From a virus, in the UHGV virus genome UHGV-1351569: DNA of 64,000 nucleotides, one strand, 5' to 3'. This document shows positions 18,037 to 28,270 of the stretch, piece by piece. The position numbers were made by a program, and so were the translations under genes. Position 1 is the first letter of the stretch. Each line of letters starts with the position of its first letter. The notes under the pieces are model-generated. The model worked only from the letters and a program-made list of their open reading frames with translations. It ran no database searches and was not told where the DNA came from.

Positions 18037-18510
18037 ATGTTATTGACTGGCAAATTATATAAAGAAGAAAAACAGAAATTTTATGATGCGCAAAACGGTA
18101 AATGCTTAATTTGCCAACGAGAACTAAATCCTGATGTTCAAGCTAATCACCTTGACCATGACCATGAATTAAATGGACCAAAAGCAGGAAAGGTACGTGG
18201 ATTGCTCTGTAATCTCTGTAATGCTGCAGAAGGTCAAATGAAGCATAAATTCAATCGTTCTGGCTTAAAGGGACAAGGTGTTGATTATCTTGAATGGCTA
18301 GAAAATTTACTTACTTATTTAAAATCCGATTACACCCAAAATAATATTCACCCTAACTTCGTTGGAGATAAATCAAAGGAATTTTCTCGTTTAGGAAAAG
18401 AGGAAATGATGGCTGAGATGCTTCAAAGAGGATTTGAATATAATGAATCTGACACTAAAACACAATTAATAGCTTCATTTAAGAAGCAGCTTAGAAAGAG
18501 TTTAAAATGA
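18037..18510 (+). CDS. 49: endonuclease VII (Holliday-junction resolvase)
   Basis: 157 aa; CxxC...HLDHDH...CNLCN zinc/His-Cys box; matches recalled T4 gp49. Confidence 0.92.
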   Translation: MLLTGKLYKEEKQKFYDAQNGKCLICQRELNPDVQANHLDHDHELNGPKAGKVRGLLCNLCNAAEGQMKHKFNRSGLKGQGVDYLEWLENLLTYLKSDYTQNNIHPNFVGDKSKEFSRLGKEEMMAEMLQRGFEYNESDTKTQLIASFKKQLRKSLK

Positions 18511-19044
18511 CAATTGAAAAAGAAATTGAAGGATTGATTCATAAAACTAATAAAGACCTTTTAAACGAGAATGCTAATAAAGATTCTCGTGTTTTTCCAA
18601 CTCAACGGGACCTTATGGCTGGTATTGTGTCTAAACACATTGCCAAAAATATGGTCCCGTCTTTTATTATGAAAGCGCATGAAAGCGGAATTATCCATTT
18701 CCATGATATTGATTATTCCCCTGCTCTTCCATTTACTAATTGCTGTTTAGTAGATTTAAAAGGAATGCTTGAAAACGGATTTAAGCTCGGTAATGCACAG
18801 ATTGAAACTCCTAAATCAATCGGCGTTGCTACTGCAATTATGGCACAAATTACTGCACAGGTTGCTTCCCACCAATATGGCGGAACGACTTTTGCGAATG
18901 TAGATAAAGTACTTTCTCCTTATGTTAAACGCACCTATGCAAAACATATTGAGGATGCAGAAAAATGGCAAATCGCTGATGCGTTGAATTATGCTCAATC
19001 CAAAACAGAAAAAGATGTCTATGATGCATTCCAGGCGTATGAGT
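18507..19044 (+). CDS. nrdD: anaerobic ribonucleotide reductase NrdD, exon 1
   Basis: Exon ends after gagT where P1 pairing augagu/gcucau with intron IGS is visible. Confidence 0.85.
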
Positions 19045-19254
19045 TAATTTAATTCAGGCTCATGTAAAACCGGTCTAAACGGGGAACCTCTCTAGTAGAC
19101 AATCCCGTGCTAAATGTTCTTTTGAACTAAATGCCTAACGACTAACCGTGATGAATGTAGCGGTGTAGAATAGAAGCTAATGCTATTCGAAACGGCCGGC
19201 ATCGAAAGATGAAGATATAGTCTAATCTGCATGGCGACATGCAGCAGTCATCTT

Positions 19255-19262
19255 GTATAAAT
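19255..19262 (+). promoter_or_regulatory. T4 late promoter core (TATAAATA) inside intron, upstream of endonuclease ORF
   Basis: Exact TATAAATA 30 nt upstream of the ORF ATG. Confidence 0.55.
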
Positions 19263-19292
19263 AAGATTATCTTATGAATACGAGGTGAAACA

Positions 19293-20063
19293 ATGAAATG
19301 GATAAAAAGACGTTGTACTAAAATAAAAGATAAAGACGCATTTACATACTTAGTTAAGTTTTCTAATGGCGACATTTATATCGGTTATAAAAAAGTTAGA
19401 ACAATTAAAAACAAGCCCACAAACTGGAAAACTTACACAACGTCATCTAAGTATATAAATGAACGCTTAAAAACTGATACACCTACTAAATGGATAATTT
19501 TAAAAACATTTGATAGTTATAAAGACGCATTAAAACATGAAGAAGAGGTCATACGTAAATATTTTTATAGCAAAAAATGTTTAAATAAATCCATAGGCGG
19601 TAAAAAGTTTTATAAGCATCCGGATACTGAAGAACATATTCAAAAATTAAGAGATGCTCATAAGGGTAAAGTGTTATCCGAATCTCATAAAAACAATATA
19701 AAATCTTCTGTAGCTGAATATTATGCTAAAAACGGAAGATCTAAGGAACATGTGCAAAATAATATCAATAGTCGAAAAAGTAAAAAACAAGTATCGATAA
19801 AGCTTAAAAATAAAACTTTTAGAAGTTTTAAAAAAGCGGCGGAATATTTAAATTGCACTGAAAGTGAAGTCGAAACTCATCCTCTTGTTTTGAGTATTAA
19901 GACTACTATTCATAAAGTTCCTGAATATGTGGTTGTTGACGGTATTAAGTATACGTCTTATATAGAAGCAGCTAAAGCGCTAAATTTTCATCCTAGCACT
20001 ATAAAAGAACGTTGCGTATCTATGGACTATCCAAATTTTGTTGTTTCATATAAACGGGCATGA
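19293..20063 (+). CDS. intron-encoded homing endonuclease (I-TevII-like)
   Basis: 256 aa ORF wholly inside the intron; size and position match T4 I-TevII. Confidence 0.8.
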   Translation: MKWIKRRCTKIKDKDAFTYLVKFSNGDIYIGYKKVRTIKNKPTNWKTYTTSSKYINERLKTDTPTKWIILKTFDSYKDALKHEEEVIRKYFYSKKCLNKSIGGKKFYKHPDTEEHIQKLRDAHKGKVLSESHKNNIKSSVAEYYAKNGRSKEHVQNNINSRKSKKQVSIKLKNKTFRSFKKAAEYLNCTESEVETHPLVLSIKTTIHKVPEYVVVDGIKYTSYIEAAKALNFHPSTIKERCVSMDYPNFVVSYKRA

Positions 20064-20077
20064 ATTTGCGACTCATG

Positions 20078-21369
20078 CCGAATATAATGATGAAGTAAAT
20101 ACACTTTTCAGCTCTAATGGACAAACGCCTTTTGTAACAATTACGTTTGGTACGGGAACTGACTGGACTGAACGAATGATTCAGAAAGCAATTCTGAAAA
20201 ATCGTATTAAAGGTCTTGGTCGCGATGGGATAACTCCTATTTTCCCTAAGCTTGTTATGTTCGTTGAAGAAGGTGTTAATCTTTATAAAGATGACCCGAA
20301 CTATGATATTAAACAGCTTGCTCTAGAGTGCGCAAGCAAAAGAATGTATCCTGACATCATTTCGGCTAAGAACAATAAAGCTATCACCGGTTCATCTATT
20401 CCTGTTTCTCCAATGGGTTGCCGCAGTTTCTTGAGCGTATGGAAAGATTCGACTGGTAATGAAATTCTTGATGGACGTAATAATCTTGGCGTTGTAACAC
20501 TGAATCTTCCTCGCATCGCGTTAGATTCTTATATTGGAACACAGTTCAATGAACAGAAATTTGCCGAATTGTTCAATGAACGAATGGATTTATGTTTTGA
20601 AGCTTTGATGTGTAGAATTAGTTCCTTAAAAGGAGTTAAAGCGACTGTTGCTCCTATTCTTTATCAAGAAGGTGCATTCGGGGTTCGTCTTAAACCAGAT
20701 GACGACATAATTGAGTTATTTAAAAACGGTAGAAGTTCAGTGTCTTTGGGATACATTGGTATTCACGAATTGAATATTCTTGTCGGTCGTGATATTGGGC
20801 AGGAAATTTTGACTAAAATGAATGCTCATCTTAAGCAGTGGACTGAAAGAACCGGTTTTGCTTTTAGTTTGTATTCTACACCTGCTGAAAACCTGTGCTA
20901 TCGCTTCTGTAAACTTGATACCGAAAAATATGGAAGTGTAAAGGATGTTACTGATAAAGGCTGGTACACTAACAGTTTCCATGTTTCAGTAGAAGAAAAT
21001 ATCACTCCGTTTGAAAAGATTTCTCGTGAAGCGCCATATCATTTCATTGCGACAGGTGGTCACATTTCTTATGTTGAACTTCCTGATATGAAAAATAACT
21101 TAAAAGGTCTTGAGGCTGTATGGGATTATGCTGCACAACATTTAGATTATTTTGGCGTTAACATGCCAGTAGATAAATGTTTTACGTGTGGAAGTACCCA
21201 TGAAATGACTCCTACTGAAAACGGGTTTGTTTGTTCTATTTGTGGAGAAACTGATCCTAAAAAGATGAACACAATAAGAAGAACTTGTGGTTATTTGGGA
21301 AATCCGAACGAACGTGGATTTAATCTTGGCAAAAATAAAGAAATCATGCATAGGGTTAAACACCAATGA
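20078..21369 (+). CDS. nrdD: anaerobic ribonucleotide reductase NrdD, exon 2
   Basis: In-frame continuation; C-terminal RRTCGYLG glycyl-radical motif; joined product about 609 aa. Confidence 0.85.
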
Positions 21370-21836
21370 ATTATGATAGATTTTATCCTTGCGATTTTGT
21401 GAATGGCCCTGGATGCAGGGTCGTTCTTTTCGTTACAGGTTGTTTGCATAAATGTGAAGGGTGTTATAATAAATCAACATGGAATGCTAGAAATGGCGTT
21501 CCATTCACTGGTGAAACACTAGAACAATTAATTGAATGTTTGAATAATGATTATATAGAAGGATTAACTATAACTGGAGGTGACCCTCTTTATCCTGATA
21601 ACCGAGATGTTATTCATTGCATTGTTCAAACAGTAAAAAATCTTTATCCGAATAAAAGCATTTGGTTGTGGACCGGATATAAGTTTGAGGATATTAAACA
21701 ACTAGAAATGCTTAAATATGTTGATGTTATTATTGATGGGAAGTATGAGAAAAATCTTCCGACCAAAAAGCTGTGGCGAGGATCAGATAATCAGCGACTT
21801 TGGTCAAATACCGATGGGGTGTGGAAACATGATTAA
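21366..21836 (+). CDS. nrdG: anaerobic RNR activating enzyme (radical SAM)
   Basis: 156 aa; Cys cluster CRVVLFVTGCLHKCEGC; ATGA overlap with nrdD. Confidence 0.88.
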   Translation: MNYDRFYPCDFVNGPGCRVVLFVTGCLHKCEGCYNKSTWNARNGVPFTGETLEQLIECLNNDYIEGLTITGGDPLYPDNRDVIHCIVQTVKNLYPNKSIWLWTGYKFEDIKQLEMLKYVDVIIDGKYEKNLPTKKLWRGSDNQRLWSNTDGVWKHD

Positions 21837-21926
21837 ATTGAATTATATTATGGACACTATAAATGATATGATTTTTCATTTTGGTCCAGAATTTTATTCG
21901 CAATATAGTTTAGTGCTTATCAATGC

Positions 21927-22163
21927 TTGGTTAATCAATTAAGGGTAAATATGTATAAATTTCGTAAAGGTTTAGCTGATTTTCTTACAACCGTAACGTT
22001 CTTTTTGTTTATGGCAGTTGGTGCTATTTTTCTTATTCCTTTTATTGCTATATTTTTCGTGATTAGCTTAATTTCTCCAGAAAAAGGCTTATCTTCTAGC
22101 GAATTCAATGAGCGTCTGGATAAAATTACTAACAAGCTTAATGCTGCTCTTAGTAAGGAATAG
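21927..22163 (+). CDS. small membrane protein, 78 aa
   Basis: Central hydrophobic helix. Confidence 0.5.
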   Translation: MVNQLRVNMYKFRKGLADFLTTVTFFLFMAVGAIFLIPFIAIFFVISLISPEKGLSSSEFNERLDKITNKLNAALSKE

Positions 22164-22165
22164 TT

Positions 22166-22474
22166 GTGAAACAAAACAAGATTGAAGTCTATGGAATTCC
22201 AGATGAAGTAGGTCGTTGTCCTGGATGTCAATCAGTTACAAAACTTTTAAAGGAGCTCAATGCTCCTTTTACTTTCTATAAAGTTCTTACAAATAATGGT
22301 AAGATTGAGTATGATCGTCCACTGATTGTATCTCTTGCTAAACGAGCTGGATTCGCATCTCTTAGCATTCGTTATCCAGTCATTTTCATCAATGATTCTA
22401 GACAAAAGAACATTAAACACTTCAAAGAAACTCTCATTTCACTTGGATATGATAGAGATATCATAGAAGACTAA
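22166..22474 (+). CDS. nrdH: glutaredoxin-like protein (NrdH-type)
   Basis: 102 aa; CPGC redox motif near N-terminus. Confidence 0.75.
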   Translation: MKQNKIEVYGIPDEVGRCPGCQSVTKLLKELNAPFTFYKVLTNNGKIEYDRPLIVSLAKRAGFASLSIRYPVIFINDSRQKNIKHFKETLISLGYDRDIIED

Positions 22475-22477
22475 GAC

Positions 22478-22500
22478 GGGCCCTCTGGGCCTTTCTTTCT
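22478..22500 (+). terminator. putative rho-independent terminator
   Basis: GC hairpin ggccc-tct-gggcc then T-rich run. Confidence 0.45.
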
Positions 22501-22572
22501 CACATTCTGTATATTACCATTCTAAGCTATCGTTCCCTTCTTATCGTTCCCTAAAATAATTTTCACAAAGTT

Positions 22573-22602
22573 GTTTACAAGAAGTTCAAACTGTGGTATT
22601 AT
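22573..22602 (+). promoter_or_regulatory. T4-type early promoter
   Basis: GTTTAC, 18-bp spacer, TGgTATTAT. Confidence 0.5.
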
Positions 22603-22632
22603 TAACATATGAATTGCCTTTGAGGAATTGAT

Positions 22633-22809
22633 ATGGTTGATAAAGAGATTAAAAGGGATCAGTATTATCGTGTTAACGGACATATTGTTATTGTTACAGC
22701 AGTAGATGATCTAGATGTTCATTATACTGTACTTAAATGGAACAAACGCATGATTTGTGATCGTGCTGTATTTAGTTCAGTTGCTAAGGAAATTAAACTC
22801 CATGGGTAA
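22633..22809 (+). CDS. hypothetical small protein, 58 aa (below track cutoff)
   Basis: Hand-translated; gaggaa RBS 6 nt upstream. Confidence 0.4.
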   Translation: MVDKEIKRDQYYRVNGHIVIVTAVDDLDVHYTVLKWNKRMICDRAVFSSVAKEIKLHG

Positions 22810-23023
22810 AACGTATCGTCGTAAAGATTTAAAAGTACGTGATTATGACTATTTCGGAAAGCGTAAAGCTCCTGATGGTGTAAGTCATAAAGATATGGTT
22901 GAAAACATTTTTCGCTCTGATAAATGGCGTAGAATGAAAGGCATTGATTCAGAAGTTAAAGATGAGTTAAATCGTCAATTGCGTGGTGAAGTAAGAAAGT
23001 TGAAAAAAATCAGTTTACATTGA
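22802..23023 (+). CDS. highly basic small protein, 73 aa
   Basis: ATG at 22802 overlaps upstream stop; Lys/Arg-rich. Confidence 0.5.
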   Translation: MGKTYRRKDLKVRDYDYFGKRKAPDGVSHKDMVENIFRSDKWRRMKGIDSEVKDELNRQLRGEVRKLKKISLH

Positions 23024-23235
23024 CGATGATTTTGATTACAATACTTCTCAACGAGTTGCTAAGCGTAAATCAAACGAGTGCTATCGTTACAGCTGAGGAA
23101 AATATGAATATCAAACGCATGCTTTTTAAACAAGGATTATACACTTTAAATATTGCTCCAAAAGGCGATACGACCAAGTGGTCAGTAAATGACTGGATTA
23201 AATTCATTGATGAAAACGGTAACTGGAAAATTTAA
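23020..23235 (+). CDS. hypothetical protein, 71 aa
   Basis: ORF from track. Confidence 0.45.
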   Translation: MTMILITILLNELLSVNQTSAIVTAEENMNIKRMLFKQGLYTLNIAPKGDTTKWSVNDWIKFIDENGNWKI

Positions 23236-23436
23236 ATGAATCCTGAATCTAAATTATCACAACGAATTGCCGAAGCTCGTCGTCAGTTCTTTGAAAATAT
23301 GATAGCCCAAGGTATTGATGACGAAGTTTTTCTGAACTGGTTTTGGAATCACAAATATTCAAAATGCGCAGGAGCAATATTAATATCAGCTGCAATGATG
23401 TACGAAGGCTGGAAGGGTGCCAAACGGTTTAGCTAA
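23236..23436 (+). CDS. hypothetical protein, 66 aa
   Basis: ORF from track, followed by terminator. Confidence 0.5.
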   Translation: MNPESKLSQRIAEARRQFFENMIAQGIDDEVFLNWFWNHKYSKCAGAILISAAMMYEGWKGAKRFS

Positions 23437-23454
23437 GGGCTTCGGCCCTTTTTG
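23436..23454 (+). terminator. rho-independent terminator
   Basis: gggc-ttcg-gccc then ttttt. Confidence 0.6.
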
Positions 23455-23488
23455 GATAATAAAATTTTAACGTAATTGAGGATAATGT

Positions 23489-23815
23489 ATGACTATTCAA
23501 ATTAAAAACGCCATCAATTCTTATGCATATGATAAAGTAGTTTCTTTGCTAGAAAAAGGCGATATTGTAACTCCTCAAATTTTGGATAAATGGGAAAAAG
23601 AGCTTCATCAGACGATGAAACAGAATGATCAGAAAATTGGACGCAATACTGTCCGTGAATTGTTGGTTCAATATATCTTGTCAGAATTTGATGTTAAAGC
23701 TTTTGGCGTAGAATCTAAAGCTTATCAAAAGCATGAAATTTCTGATAAAACTATTCGTCGTATGAAAAATCAACGCAAGAAAAAATTTGCTGATCTGAAA
23801 ATTACTAAGGCATAA
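23489..23815 (+). CDS. hypothetical protein, 108 aa
   Basis: gaggataatgt RBS. Confidence 0.55.
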   Translation: MTIQIKNAINSYAYDKVVSLLEKGDIVTPQILDKWEKELHQTMKQNDQKIGRNTVRELLVQYILSEFDVKAFGVESKAYQKHEISDKTIRRMKNQRKKKFADLKITKA

Positions 23816-23817
23816 TT

Positions 23818-24033
23818 ATGAATGAAGCTCTTATTAACGATTTACGTCTTGCTGGGTATGAAGTAAATACAAATGGCATTGGTTTAACTCAAATTGAAGG
23901 AAACGGATTCATCCTTGAGTATGAATTTAGCCAATGGTGGTTATACGCTAATTACGGCGAATTGATTGAATACGTTGACCAATTTGATTCACTAGATGCA
24001 GCTCTCGAAGCGGCTAAGTTGATGAATGTATGA
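23818..24033 (+). CDS. hypothetical protein, 71 aa
   Basis: ORF from track. Confidence 0.5.
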   Translation: MNEALINDLRLAGYEVNTNGIGLTQIEGNGFILEYEFSQWWLYANYGELIEYVDQFDSLDAALEAAKLMNV

Positions 24034-24299
24034 AATTTATTAATATTTCTATTACTATTGAAAATTATGGAATTTTCTATGTTGATCAATACATGAAAAT
24101 TTCATTTTTCCCAAATAAGACTGGTGTTGGATATTGGGAAAGCCATGTTTCTGAATTAAATGAAAGCGAATATGTTAGCACACATGAAAAGTTTTTAGAC
24201 TTTTTATATCATGCTGATTTAACTAGTCATTATATAGATATTCATGAATTTAAAAAGATGATGGAGAAAGTATTCCAAGCATACTGTTTACTTAGATAA
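24030..24299 (+). CDS. hypothetical protein, 89 aa
   Basis: ATGA overlap. Confidence 0.5.
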   Translation: MKFINISITIENYGIFYVDQYMKISFFPNKTGVGYWESHVSELNESEYVSTHEKFLDFLYHADLTSHYIDIHEFKKMMEKVFQAYCLLR

Positions 24300-24310
24300 C
24301 TGATATCCTC

Positions 24311-24350
24311 TATGCTTTAAGATAGATCTTCAAATATTATGATATAATAG
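24311..24350 (+). promoter_or_regulatory. possible MotA-dependent middle promoter upstream of gene 55
   Basis: MotA-box-like TGCTTTA at 24313-24319; downstream TAnnnT candidates at irregular spacing. Confidence 0.35.
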
Positions 24351-24377
24351 ATCTATGAATTGAGCTAAGAGGTGAAA

Positions 24378-24935
24378 ATGTCAGAAACTAAGCCTAAATA
24401 TAATTACGTAAACAATAAAGAGCTTTTACAAGCTATTATTGATTGGAAAACAGAATTAGCAAATAATAAAGACCCAAATAAAGTAGTTCGTCAGAATGAT
24501 ACTATCGGATTAGCCATTATGCTTATTGCAGAAGGCTTATCTAAACGTTTCAACTTTTCAGGATACACCCAATCCTGGAAACAAGAAATGATTGCAGATG
24601 GTATAGAAGCTTCTATTAAGGGGCTTCATAATTTTGATGAAACGAAATATAAAAACCCACATGCGTATATAACTCAAGCTTGTTTTAATGCATTCGTCCA
24701 ACGTATTAAAAAAGAACGTAAGGAAGTTGCAAAGAAATATAGTTACTTCGTTCACAATGTCTATGACAGTCGTGACGACGATATGGTTGCGTTAGTAGAT
24801 GAAACTTTTATTCAAGACATCTACGATAAAATGACGCATTACGAAGAATCAACCTATAGAACACCGGGGGCTGAAAAGAAAAGTGTTGTAGACGATTCTC
24901 CTAGTTTGGATTTTTTATATGAGGCTAACGATTAA
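24378..24935 (+). CDS. 55: late-transcription sigma factor gp55
   Basis: 185 aa from ATG 24378 (gaggtg RBS); matches recalled T4 gp55 size and sequence. Confidence 0.9.
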
Positions 24936-25137
24936 CCTCTCCGGATTCTTGGAAGAAATACCCGAAGTTGAAGCTATTCCCTATTTACTTAAAATGTATC
25001 TCAGGGAAGTTTTAGCTCTTGACATTGATATTGATCCAGAAAATCCGTATGATACCGCTTTTAAATCTAATGGTGTAGAATTAAACTATCGGTATCATTT
25101 AACAGATGATGATTTTTATTTTATATTAGAGAAATAA
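24919..25137 (+). CDS. hypothetical protein, 72 aa
   Basis: ORF from track. Confidence 0.45.
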
Positions 25138-25138
25138 T

Positions 25139-25456
25139 ATGACTGATAAACCCGAAATTAATGATGAAGTGGAAAAGCTTATTTCTTCTATTGAAGAAAA
25201 GAACCGTCTTGAAGCAGAAAGAAAAGCAAATAAGTTATTGTCTAAAAACAAACGCGAACTGAACCGTCTCTATAAGCACGCTCAGATTGCAGCTGAAAAC
25301 AATAATTTTGCTCAATACGAATATGCTATCAAGAAAAGTCGGGATATTCTAAAACAGCCATATAACGATGAACTCATTAGTATTCTTTGGAAGACTACTA
25401 GATCGCAGATTGAGGATATGATTGATGCTTACACGCGTAAAATTCAAGCGTCTTAA
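25139..25456 (+). CDS. hypothetical protein, 105 aa
   Basis: ORF from track. Confidence 0.5.
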   Translation: MTDKPEINDEVEKLISSIEEKNRLEAERKANKLLSKNKRELNRLYKHAQIAAENNNFAQYEYAIKKSRDILKQPYNDELISILWKTTRSQIEDMIDAYTRKIQAS

Positions 25457-25628
25457 AATTAATGCAGGATTTACTGAATCTTTGAATGGTCATCTTTGCG
25501 TGAAAATTTCTGAAAAGGAATACCATGATAGTTCAATTAAAGAAGTTAATCCTCCTATTGTAAGAGCAGACCCTAATATGAAAGTGTGGGTTGATTCCTA
25601 TCAAGTCAAAAAATGGTGGCAACTGTGA
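25422..25628 (+). CDS. hypothetical protein, 68 aa
   Basis: ORF from track. Confidence 0.45.
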   Translation: MMLTRVKFKRLKINAGFTESLNGHLCVKISEKEYHDSSIKEVNPPIVRADPNMKVWVDSYQVKKWWQL

Positions 25629-25631
25629 AAG

Positions 25632-25805
25632 ATGAACACCCAGACTTCTGAAATAGATTATAATAAAATTCGTTCCTCTAAAGTAGAAATGATGAGACGC
25701 TTTAAAGAGTCTCATGATAAAGCTAAAGCAGAAGGAACTATAACATATAAGCGTATAAAATTTAGAAGCTCTAATGAGCCTCTGTATGGTGTATTATGCG
25801 GATAG
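25632..25805 (+). CDS. hypothetical small protein, 57 aa (below track cutoff)
   Basis: Hand-translated; stop overlaps the downstream hairpin. Confidence 0.35.
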   Translation: MNTQTSEIDYNKIRSSKVEMMRRFKESHDKAKAEGTITYKRIKFRSSNEPLYGVLCG

Positions 25806-25821
25806 GAGCTTCGGCTCCTAT

Positions 25822-25847
25822 ATTGCTTTACAAATTTTTGGTAAAAT
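25822..25847 (+). promoter_or_regulatory. MotA-dependent middle promoter upstream of alpha-gt
   Basis: TGCTTTA at 25824-25830, 11-bp spacer, TAAAAT. Confidence 0.5.
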
Positions 25848-25871
25848 AAACCAAAACAATGAGGATATTAA

Positions 25872-27074
25872 ATGAAAGTATGCATTTTTATGGCTCGAGG
25901 TCTTGAAGGTTGCGGTGTAACTAAATTTTCTCTTGAGCAACGTGATTGGTTTATTAAAAACGGTCATGAAGTAACTTTAGTTTATGCTAAAGATAAATCA
26001 TTTACCCGTAATTGCGCGCATGATTATAAATCATTTTCAATTCCGGTTTTATTGGCAAAAGAATACGATAAAACACTTAAGCTGGTAAATGATTGTGATA
26101 TTCTAATTATCAATTCAGTTCCTGCTACTTCAGTCGAAGAAGACACTATTAATAACTATAAAAAAATTATTGATAACATTAAACCTTCGGTTCGTGTTGT
26201 AGTTTATCAACATGACCATTCTTCTCTTTCTTTGCGTCGAAATTTGGGATTAGAAGAAACTGTTCGCCGAGCTGATGTTATTTTTAGTCATTCTGATAAT
26301 GGTGATTTTAATAAAGTTCTGATGAAAGAATGGTATCCAGAAACTGTTTCACTGTTTGATGATATTGAAGAAGCACCGACCGTATACAACTTTCAGCCTC
26401 CTATGGATATTGCGAAGGTTCGATCAACCTACTGGAAAGATGTTTCTGAAATTAACATGAATATCAACCGTTGGATTGGTCGTACGACTACATGGAAAGG
26501 TTTTTATCAGATGTTTGATTTTCACGAAAAACATCTTAAACCTGCAGGACTAAGTACTATTATGGAAGGTCTGGAACGTTCTCCAGCGTTCATTCCTATT
26601 AAAGAAAAAGGAATTCCATACGAGTATTATCGTCTTCATCAAGTAGACCAAATTAAAATTGCTCCTAATTTGCCAACGCAAATTCTTGACCGTTATGTAA
26701 ATAGCGAAATGCTTGAACGCATGAGTAAATCCGGATTTGGTTATCAGCTGAGTAAATTAGATAAAAAATATCTACAACGTTCTTTAGAATATACTCATCT
26801 CGAGCTTGGTGCATGTGGAACAATTCCAGTATTTTGGAAATCTACTGGCGAAAATTTAAAATTCCGTGTTGATAATACTCCGTTAATTTCTCATGATAGC
26901 GGTATCGTTTGGTTTGATGAAAATGACATGGAATCAACATTTGAGCGTATTAAAGAACTGTCATCTGACCGAGCTCTTTATGACCGTGAACGCGAAAAAG
27001 CTTATGAATTTTTGTATCAGCATCAAGATTCAAGCTTCTGCTTTAAAGAACAGTTTGACATTATTACAAAATAA
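25872..27074 (+). CDS. agt: DNA alpha-glucosyltransferase
   Basis: 400 aa; near-identical to recalled T4 alpha-gt along its length. Confidence 0.92.
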   Translation: MKVCIFMARGLEGCGVTKFSLEQRDWFIKNGHEVTLVYAKDKSFTRNCAHDYKSFSIPVLLAKEYDKTLKLVNDCDILIINSVPATSVEEDTINNYKKIIDNIKPSVRVVVYQHDHSSLSLRRNLGLEETVRRADVIFSHSDNGDFNKVLMKEWYPETVSLFDDIEEAPTVYNFQPPMDIAKVRSTYWKDVSEINMNINRWIGRTTTWKGFYQMFDFHEKHLKPAGLSTIMEGLERSPAFIPIKEKGIPYEYYRLHQVDQIKIAPNLPTQILDRYVNSEMLERMSKSGFGYQLSKLDKKYLQRSLEYTHLELGACGTIPVFWKSTGENLKFRVDNTPLISHDSGIVWFDENDMESTFERIKELSSDRALYDREREKAYEFLYQHQDSSFCFKEQFDIITK

Positions 27075-27092
27075 AGGGCTTCGGCCCTTTAG
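27075..27092 (+). terminator. rho-independent terminator-like hairpin
   Basis: gggc-ttcg-gccc then ttt. Confidence 0.5.
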
Positions 27093-27113
27093 CTTTATAC
27101 GGAGTTTGATATA

Positions 27114-27254
27114 ATGATATTTCTTGGATATGTGATACTTTTTCTCGCATTTTATCTATTCACTAGAGCATGTTGGATTGGGTTCTTTAGCACTCCAGAT
27201 GGATTTATTTCAATAATTTTATTTTGCATTTCAATGACGGTTCTTGATATATGA
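27114..27254 (+). CDS. small hydrophobic protein, 46 aa (below track cutoff)
   Basis: Hand-translated; ggag RBS; stop overlaps gene 47 ATG. Confidence 0.35.
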   Translation: MIFLGYVILFLAFYLFTRACWIGFFSTPDGFISIILFCISMTVLDI

Positions 27255-28270
27255 AAATTTTAAATTTAGGTGATTGGCATTTAGGCGTTAAAGCTGATGA
27301 TGAATGGATTCGCGGTATTCAAATTGATGGAATTAAGCAAGCGATAGAATATTCTAAGAAAAATGGAATTACTGTATGGATTCAATACGGTGATATTTTT
27401 GATGTACGAAAAGCGATCACGCATAAAACTATGGAGTTTGCTCGTGAGATAGTTCAAATGCTTGATGACGCTGGAATCACATTACATACTATTGTAGGAA
27501 ATCACGATCTCCACTATAAAAATGTAATGCATCCAAATGCTTCTACTGAGCTTTTGGCTAAATATCCTAATGTTAAAGTATATGATAAGCCTACTACAGT
27601 AGATTTTGACGGATGTTTGATTGATTTAATTCCTTGGATGTGCGAAGAAAATACTGGTGAAATTCTTGAACACATCAAAACTTCATCTGCTTCTTTTTGT
27701 GTTGGTCACTGGGAACTGAATGGATTTTATTTTTATAAAGGAATGAAATCTCACGGTCTTGAACCTGATTTCCTTAAGACTTATAAAGAGGTGTGGTCTG
27801 GTCACTTCCATACTATCTCTGAGGCTGCTAACGTCAGATATATTGGGACACCATGGACACTAACTGCAGGTGACGAGAATGACCCTCGTGGGTTCTGGAT
27901 GTTTGATACAGAAACAGAACGAATGGAATTTATTCCAAACAACACCACCTGGCATCGTCGAATTCAATATCCATTTAAGGGAAAAATTGACTATAAAGAT
28001 TTTACAAATTTATCAGTACGTGTTATAGTAACTGAGGTAGACAAAAATCTAACGAAGTTCGAATCTGAACTAGAAAAAGTTGTGCATTCATTACGAGTTG
28101 TGTCAAAGATTGATAACTCTGTCGAGTCAGATGATAGTGAAGAAGTTGAAGTTCAATCTCTTCAGACGTTGATGGAAGAATACATTAATGCAATTCCAGA
28201 CATCACTGATTCTGACCGCGAAGCACTTATTCAATATGCAAATCAGTTATATGTAGAGGCAACACAATGA
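27251..28270 (+). CDS. 47: recombination nuclease subunit gp47 (Mre11-like)
   Basis: 339 aa; phosphoesterase motifs GDWH, GNHD, GHFH. Confidence 0.92.
   Translation: MKILNLGDWHLGVKADDEWIRGIQIDGIKQAIEYSKKNGITVWIQYGDIFDVRKAITHKTMEFAREIVQMLDDAGITLHTIVGNHDLHYKNVMHPNASTELLAKYPNVKVYDKPTTVDFDGCLIDLIPWMCEENTGEILEHIKTSSASFCVGHWELNGFYFYKGMKSHGLEPDFLKTYKEVWSGHFHTISEAANVRYIGTPWTLTAGDENDPRGFWMFDTETERMEFIPNNTTWHRRIQYPFKGKIDYKDFTNLSVRVIVTEVDKNLTKFESELEKVVHSLRVVSKIDNSVESDDSEEVEVQSLQTLMEEYINAIPDITDSDREALIQYANQLYVEATQ

Larger units (their letters stand above)
19045..20077 (+). mobile_element. self-splicing group I intron (nrdD/sunY-type) carrying a homing endonuclease ORF
   Basis: 1033 nt between exon-1 U and in-frame exon 2; 5' exon pairs with gcucau guide; terminal G at 20077; splicing restores frame. 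Confidence 0.8.

Noticed and set aside
21718-21942. 74-aa + strand ORF overlapping the 3' end of nrdG in another frame
   Set aside because: Out-of-frame overlap with a conserved gene and no RBS; likely spurious
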